Positions 35,981-38,911 of a stretch of DNA of 38,911 bases are shown one piece after another. Both the position numbers and the translations under genes were made by a program. Location of the stretch: the NCBI GenBank assembly GCA_964479175.1, contig CAYZLT010000001.1, positions 25,428-64,338 on the forward strand. Reading direction: 5' to 3'. This stretch comes from an uncultured Solibacteraceae bacterium (GTDB lineage Bacteria; Acidobacteriota; Vicinamibacteria; Vicinamibacterales; SCN-69-37). Position 1 is the stretch's first letter; each line of letters begins with the position of its first letter. Under the pieces are notes generated by a model. That model had not been told where the DNA came from, ran no database searches, and worked only from the letters and a program-made list of their open reading frames with translations.

Positions 35981-36379
35981 CTACCTGAACAGCGAGTACA
36001 GCACCACGGCCCCGGCGACCAGCGGACCAATCGCGAATGTGGTCATGGACCGTGTGGCCATCGGCACCGACCAGGCGGCAAAACGTCGGTGCCATCGCCA
36101 GGGCACGACCAGCAGAACCATCGTCGTGGTGATCAGCAGCCAACCGAAGGCGACGAAGACTTCGGAGAACTGCATCTGCGGCGCGGCCACAATGAACGCC
36201 GCACCGAGCACAAGTCTCGCGAACAGCTCGATGTAGTGGGCACGCGCTGAGCTCGCGAAACTGCCGAGAAAGCGTCTGGTTGCATCCGGTCGGACGATCG
36301 AGGCGCCTCCCATAAGAAGGAGATAGATGCCAGTGGTCAGGACGCCGAGCCAGGCAAGCCAGTTCATAAATAATGTCAC
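35981..36379 (-). CDS. Small integral membrane protein (4 TM), unknown function
   Basis: Hydrophobic segments throughout. GTG 36379 or ATG 36367 start. Confidence 0.5.
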   Translation of the reverse strand: MTLFMNWLAWLGVLTTGIYLLLMGGASIVRPDATRRFLGSFASSARAHYIELFARLVLGAAFIVAAPQMQFSEVFVAFGWLLITTTMVLLVVPWRWHRRFAAWSVPMATRSMTTFAIGPLVAGAVVLYSLFR

Positions 36380-36382
36380 CGG

Positions 36383-36550
<168 letters not shown>

Positions 36551-36561
36551 TCACGGTGGAA

Positions 36562-36774
36562 CTAGCTCGCCCGCCGCTTCGCCAGCAGAGCCCGGACCTC
36601 TGGTACCAGTTTCACTGGCACCTTCATGAGCGTGGCCTTGGTGGATCGGTAGGCGACCTCGTCCTCGGCGACCGCCGCGACGTCGGTCTGTTGCTCGTAG
36701 TGAGTGATCACTCGTTTGACGCGAGCCGCGTTCCAACCAACGGGAAACTGATTCTGTTTCGTCGTGTTCTTCAT
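36562..36774 (-). CDS. Small putative antitoxin/partner protein (70 aa) of the upstream toxin-like gene
   Basis: MKNTTKQNQFPVGWNAARVKRVITHYEQQTDVAAVAEDEVAYRSTKATLMKVPVKLVPEVRALLAKRRAS. Its ATG overlaps (ATGA, 36771..36774) the stop of the toxin C-terminal frame. Confidence 0.55.
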   Translation of the reverse strand: MKNTTKQNQFPVGWNAARVKRVITHYEQQTDVAAVAEDEVAYRSTKATLMKVPVKLVPEVRALLAKRRAS

Positions 36775-37065
36775 AGCTTCTTCCGCGTTGATGACTTCTG
36801 ACGACGACGCAAGGCCTTGAGGGCCTTCGCACCGAGTTCGTACGCCGTAATCACGAAGACGGCACCCGGTACCGGATCGGGGACGTAGATGACCCGCAAG
36901 TACCGGCCCGCTTCCGTTTGGGCCAAGCGCCACGCGCGACCCATCGCGTCCCGCTCGATCCTCCATTGGCCGTGTCAACACGTCCTCGATTTCCTGTTCC
37001 TCGACATCGTGGCGGTAGATGTGCGGCTGCCGCGTCGACTCGTCGATGAAGTACCGGACTTTCAC
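36771..37065 (-). pseudogene. DUF4258-like toxin gene with a +1 frameshift near 36921..36925
   Basis: The N-part (frame of GTG 37065) reads MKVRYFIDESTRQPHIYRHDVEEQEIEDVLTRPMEDRAGRDGSRVAL. The next frame reads AQTEAGRYLRVIYVPDPVPGAVFVITAYELGAKALKALRRRQKSSTRKKL, then stop. The span is 295 nt (= 3n+1). The track ORF 36562..37065 is a chimeric read-through. Confidence 0.65.
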
Positions 37066-37122
37066 AATCAGATTCTACGCCCGCATCCTGGAGTCCGATA
37101 GATCTCCGAGCGAGGGATTGGG

Positions 37123-37198
37123 GCCCAACTCGCCGCTTCAGCCGCGGCGGAATCAAATGCTTGCACCATCCGCCGACGTCTGCAAGCGGTGGTTAGGC
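37123..37198 (-). repeat. attC site (76 bp)
   Basis: Minus strand: GCCTAAC caccgcttgcagacgtcggcgga ...loop... tccgccgcggctgaagcggcga GTTGGGC. The arms pair with bulged bases. The DUF2971 stop TAA lies inside GCCTAAC. Confidence 0.7.
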
Positions 37199-37924
37199 CG
37201 TTCCCACACACGTAACGATTGGAATGCCAGCGGCTATCTGGTCGACCGCCGCAATGTCGGCCGCGGACACCCTGGGACCAAGCACGACCTTGGATACGCT
37301 CGAGCCATTAATTTTGACCTCGCCTTGCTGTCTTCTGGCCAGGAATCGAATTTCCTGCTCTGGGGACCATGACCTCGTCTTCGTCAACAACGTTGCATAG
37401 ACCCCGATAGCCGAATCGCGCTCGTCCATCGACCGTATGAAGTCGTCGATGTGAATTCTTCGGTCATCGTCGTAGATGACACGGTGCAGTTGTGTGCCCA
37501 TCAGCGATTCGGGGACGTCGATCTCAATTGCGACACCCCTACCGTCGCCGGCATAGCGTGACCACATTATTGGGTTATCTGACGTTGACCCAAAACTCGC
37601 GATCCCAACCTCGTCACGTATCTGGCCAATCATGTCGGCAATCACTGGTCGACCCAGAGATTCCAGAACACCTCGATCGAGAACTATCTGAGCTCTTCGA
37701 CGCGCCTCTGGCGCGGGGTGATGGTTCGCCTTCTGCAGGAGAGTTCCCAGGACATCAAGAGTGGTGGGTGACGGCGTGAAGTCACACGTCCACGCGAACT
37801 CTCCTGGGTCGTTAAGGGCGTCCGGCCGAGCGCACCACACGAAGCCGTCACGCACAATCCGACTGAGCCTCGACAGACTTACGCCGTCGCTGGAGTCGAC
37901 CTCTCGGTACTTATAGATCTTCAT
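37193..37924 (-). CDS. DUF2971 family protein (cassette cargo)
   Basis: ALNDPGEF and IMWSRYAGDGRGVAIEI match the DUF2971 NDPxE / MWxxYA motifs. The ATG lies 4 nt after the attC R' core. Confidence 0.7.
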   Translation of the reverse strand: MKIYKYREVDSSDGVSLSRLSRIVRDGFVWCARPDALNDPGEFAWTCDFTPSPTTLDVLGTLLQKANHHPAPEARRRAQIVLDRGVLESLGRPVIADMIGQIRDEVGIASFGSTSDNPIMWSRYAGDGRGVAIEIDVPESLMGTQLHRVIYDDDRRIHIDDFIRSMDERDSAIGVYATLLTKTRSWSPEQEIRFLARRQQGEVKINGSSVSKVVLGPRVSAADIAAVDQIAAGIPIVTCVGTA

Positions 37925-37928
37925 ATCG

Positions 37929-38003
37929 GCCCAACGCCCGGCTTCAGCCGCGGCGGAATCAAATGATTTTACCCGCCGCCGTCGGCTGCACGGCGTGTAA
38001 GGC
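37929..38003 (-). repeat. attC site (75 bp), R'' core degenerate (GCCTTAC)
   Basis: Minus strand: GCCTTAC acgccgtgcagccgacggcggcggg ...loop... tccgccgcggctgaagccgggc GTTGGGC. The L'-R' arm is near-identical to that of 37123..37198. Confidence 0.65.
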
Positions 38004-38035
38004 AGTTTTTGGCGTGGGTGCTACATTAGCCTTGG

Positions 38036-38257
38036 GTGACCGCCATGTCGATGACATTTGAAATCGAGATCGATCGTGAGGACGATGGTCGATGGATTGC
38101 CGAAGTCCCCGCTCTCTCCGGAGTCCTGTCGTATGGTCGGACTCAAGACGAAGCGGTGGCGCGAGTGCAGGCCTTGGCCCTCAGGGTGCTTGCCGAGCGG
38201 CTGGAGCACGCTGAAGCGCCTGCCGAATTCTTGACAGTCACCTTCAGCGCAGCGTGA
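38036..38257 (+). CDS. hicB: HicB-like antitoxin (UPF0150-type)
   Basis: FEIEIDREDDGRWIAEVPALSGVLSYGRTQDEAVARVQALALRVL. The likely start is ATG 38045. It lies opposite to the array direction. Confidence 0.7.
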   Translation: MTAMSMTFEIEIDREDDGRWIAEVPALSGVLSYGRTQDEAVARVQALALRVLAERLEHAEAPAEFLTVTFSAA

Positions 38258-38448
38258 GCACCTGGCCGGCGACCAAGGCGCGTCGCGTATTGACGGCGCT
38301 CAGCAAGATCGGGTGGCAGATCAAACGGCAGTCTGGCTCCCACCGCACCCTCTGTCGAGACGGATGGGCAGATACGGTCTTCGCCTTCCACGATGACGAT
38401 GAACTTGGCCCAAAGATGTTGAGTCGGATCGACAAAACACTGGACTGA
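38254..38448 (+). CDS. hicA: HicA-family toxin (YcfA-like), C-terminus possibly altered by a 1-nt deletion
   Basis: KARRVLTALSKIGWQIKRQSGSHRTL is the HicA core with the catalytic-region GSH. GTGA overlap with the hicB stop. Confidence 0.7.
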   Translation: MSTWPATKARRVLTALSKIGWQIKRQSGSHRTLCRDGWADTVFAFHDDDELGPKMLSRIDKTLD

Positions 38449-38493
38449 CTCCCGACGATCTCTGAGCGATTTACCGGCCCGACATGTTTCTGC

Positions 38494-38800
38494 TCAGCTG
38501 TGCGCAGGATCCGCGTGGGTCGCGCCGCGTCGCAGAAGGTCAGCCACGGTCGTGGCCGAGTCGCGAGTTGGCGGGCTGAATTGGCTCAACTCCTCGTCAG
38601 TGACGACCCCGAGAGCAATCATCGACGCGAGGCTCCCGCTCGTTCACGACTCGAAAAAGACGAAGGTATCGATCGTGAACCGGACTGTTCGTGTCCTGAA
38701 TTCCGGGCGCACACTCCTGGAGCACACGGACACAATAACGATCCAACGCCGTGTGATGGAGCGCCCGAAGTAATCGCCAGTCGGCTTCTGGACGCGTCAT
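38494..38800 (-). pseudogene. Cassette ORF of unknown function, split over two adjacent frames (307 nt = 3n+1)
   Basis: Frame A (38800..38597) reads MTRPEADWRLLRALHHTALDRYCVRVLQEC...NEREPRVDDCSRGRH. The +1 frame is open from 38643 to the stop at 38494 and reads ...VVTDEELSQFSPPTRDSATTVADLLRRGATHADPAHS. Both frames are open across 38597..38643, which contains a G4 run. AAGGAAG lies 5 nt before ATG 38800. Confidence 0.45.
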
Positions 38801-38816
38801 ACGGTCTTCCTTGTCT

Positions 38817-38874
38817 GCCCAACGTTTGAGTTCAGCGGCGGCCGAAGGCAGTCCGATGCAACGAAGGGTTAGGC
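38817..38874 (-). repeat. attC site (58 bp)
   Basis: Minus strand GCCTAAC ... GTTGGGC. Its internal ttcagcggcggccgaa (plus strand) is related to ttcagccgcggcggaa in the other sites. The upstream partial ORF ends with a TAA inside GCCTAAC. Confidence 0.6.
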
Positions 38875-38911
38875 AGCTGTGCCTCGCGAAAGCACAAAGT
38901 CGTCTTGCATT
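38869..38911 (-). CDS. 3' end of a further cassette ORF entering from the right edge
   Basis: The frame ...QDDFVLSRGTAA ends with TAA (38871..38869) inside the R'' core, the same geometry as the DUF2971 cassette. Too short to identify. Confidence 0.35.
   Translation of the reverse strand, partial: MQDDFVLSRGTAA

Noticed and set aside
36562-37065. The 167-aa ORF treated as a single gene.
   Set aside because: The middle third (LGPNGSGPVLAGHLRPRSGTGCRLRDYGVRTRCEGPQGLASS) is read-through of the wrong frame. The +1 frame over the same DNA gives a conserved-looking toxin C-terminus that ends in an ATGA overlap with an internal ATG. This is a frameshifted toxin plus a separate partner gene.
38462-38497. 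CTGAGC...GCTCAG inverted repeat between hicA and the convergent cassette ORF, considered as an additional attC site or a terminator.
   Set aside because: The stem is only 6 bp with a 24-nt loop. There are no RYYYAAC/GTTRRRY cores and no U-run. It is too weak to call.
38500-38829. Plus-strand ORFs 38500..38829 (109 aa) and 38552..38773 (73 aa).
   Set aside because: They lie antisense to the cassette ORF, which has an RBS and the correct position relative to the attC cores. The 109-aa ORF runs across the attC core. No motifs.

Overview
High-GC, gene-dense chromosomal window, mostly transcribed on the minus strand. The gene content (Tat-exported Gfo/Idh/MocA oxidoreductases, a DUF1800/DUF1501 pair, DUF1080, TPR-CHAT) looks like a soil Acidobacteria/Planctomycetes-type genome, but taxonomy cannot be established from this sequence alone. 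All family calls come from reading motifs in the translations; no searches were run.

Contents from left to right:
1. The 5' 4.6 kb of a large FAAL-ACP-KS-AT polyketide synthase (minus strand). It is absent from the supplied ORF track because its frame runs off the window edge. A divergent type II thioesterase sits next to it.
2. Two divergent operons that each couple an orphan LivK-type periplasmic binding protein, with no ABC permease or ATPase nearby, to a Cache-type membrane protein. One partner is a Cache-fused pentameric ligand-gated ion channel-like protein. The other is an output-less Cache-HAMP protein translationally coupled to an OFA-type MFS transporter.
3. A Tat-exported Gfo/Idh/MocA + xylose-isomerase-like TIM barrel + DUF1080 + ApbE cluster.
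4. A secreted TPR-CHAT protein, a DUF1501/DUF1800 pair, and an atypically long ECF-like sigma factor with a zinc-binding anti-sigma factor.
5. A cbb3 oxidase operon with a fused CcoO-CcoP subunit, an unlisted 51-aa membrane ORF, a DsrE-like Tat protein and a TsdA-like diheme cytochrome c.
6. From about 36.4 kb to the right edge, a visibly lower-GC integron-type cassette array. It has three full attC sites plus one half site. The cassettes carry toxin-antitoxin modules and a DUF2971 gene, and several cassette genes carry single-nucleotide frame disruptions. No integrase is in the window.

No rRNA, tRNA or CRISPR was seen. Most long ORFs in the track that lie antisense to, or out of frame with, these genes are high-GC shadow ORFs.
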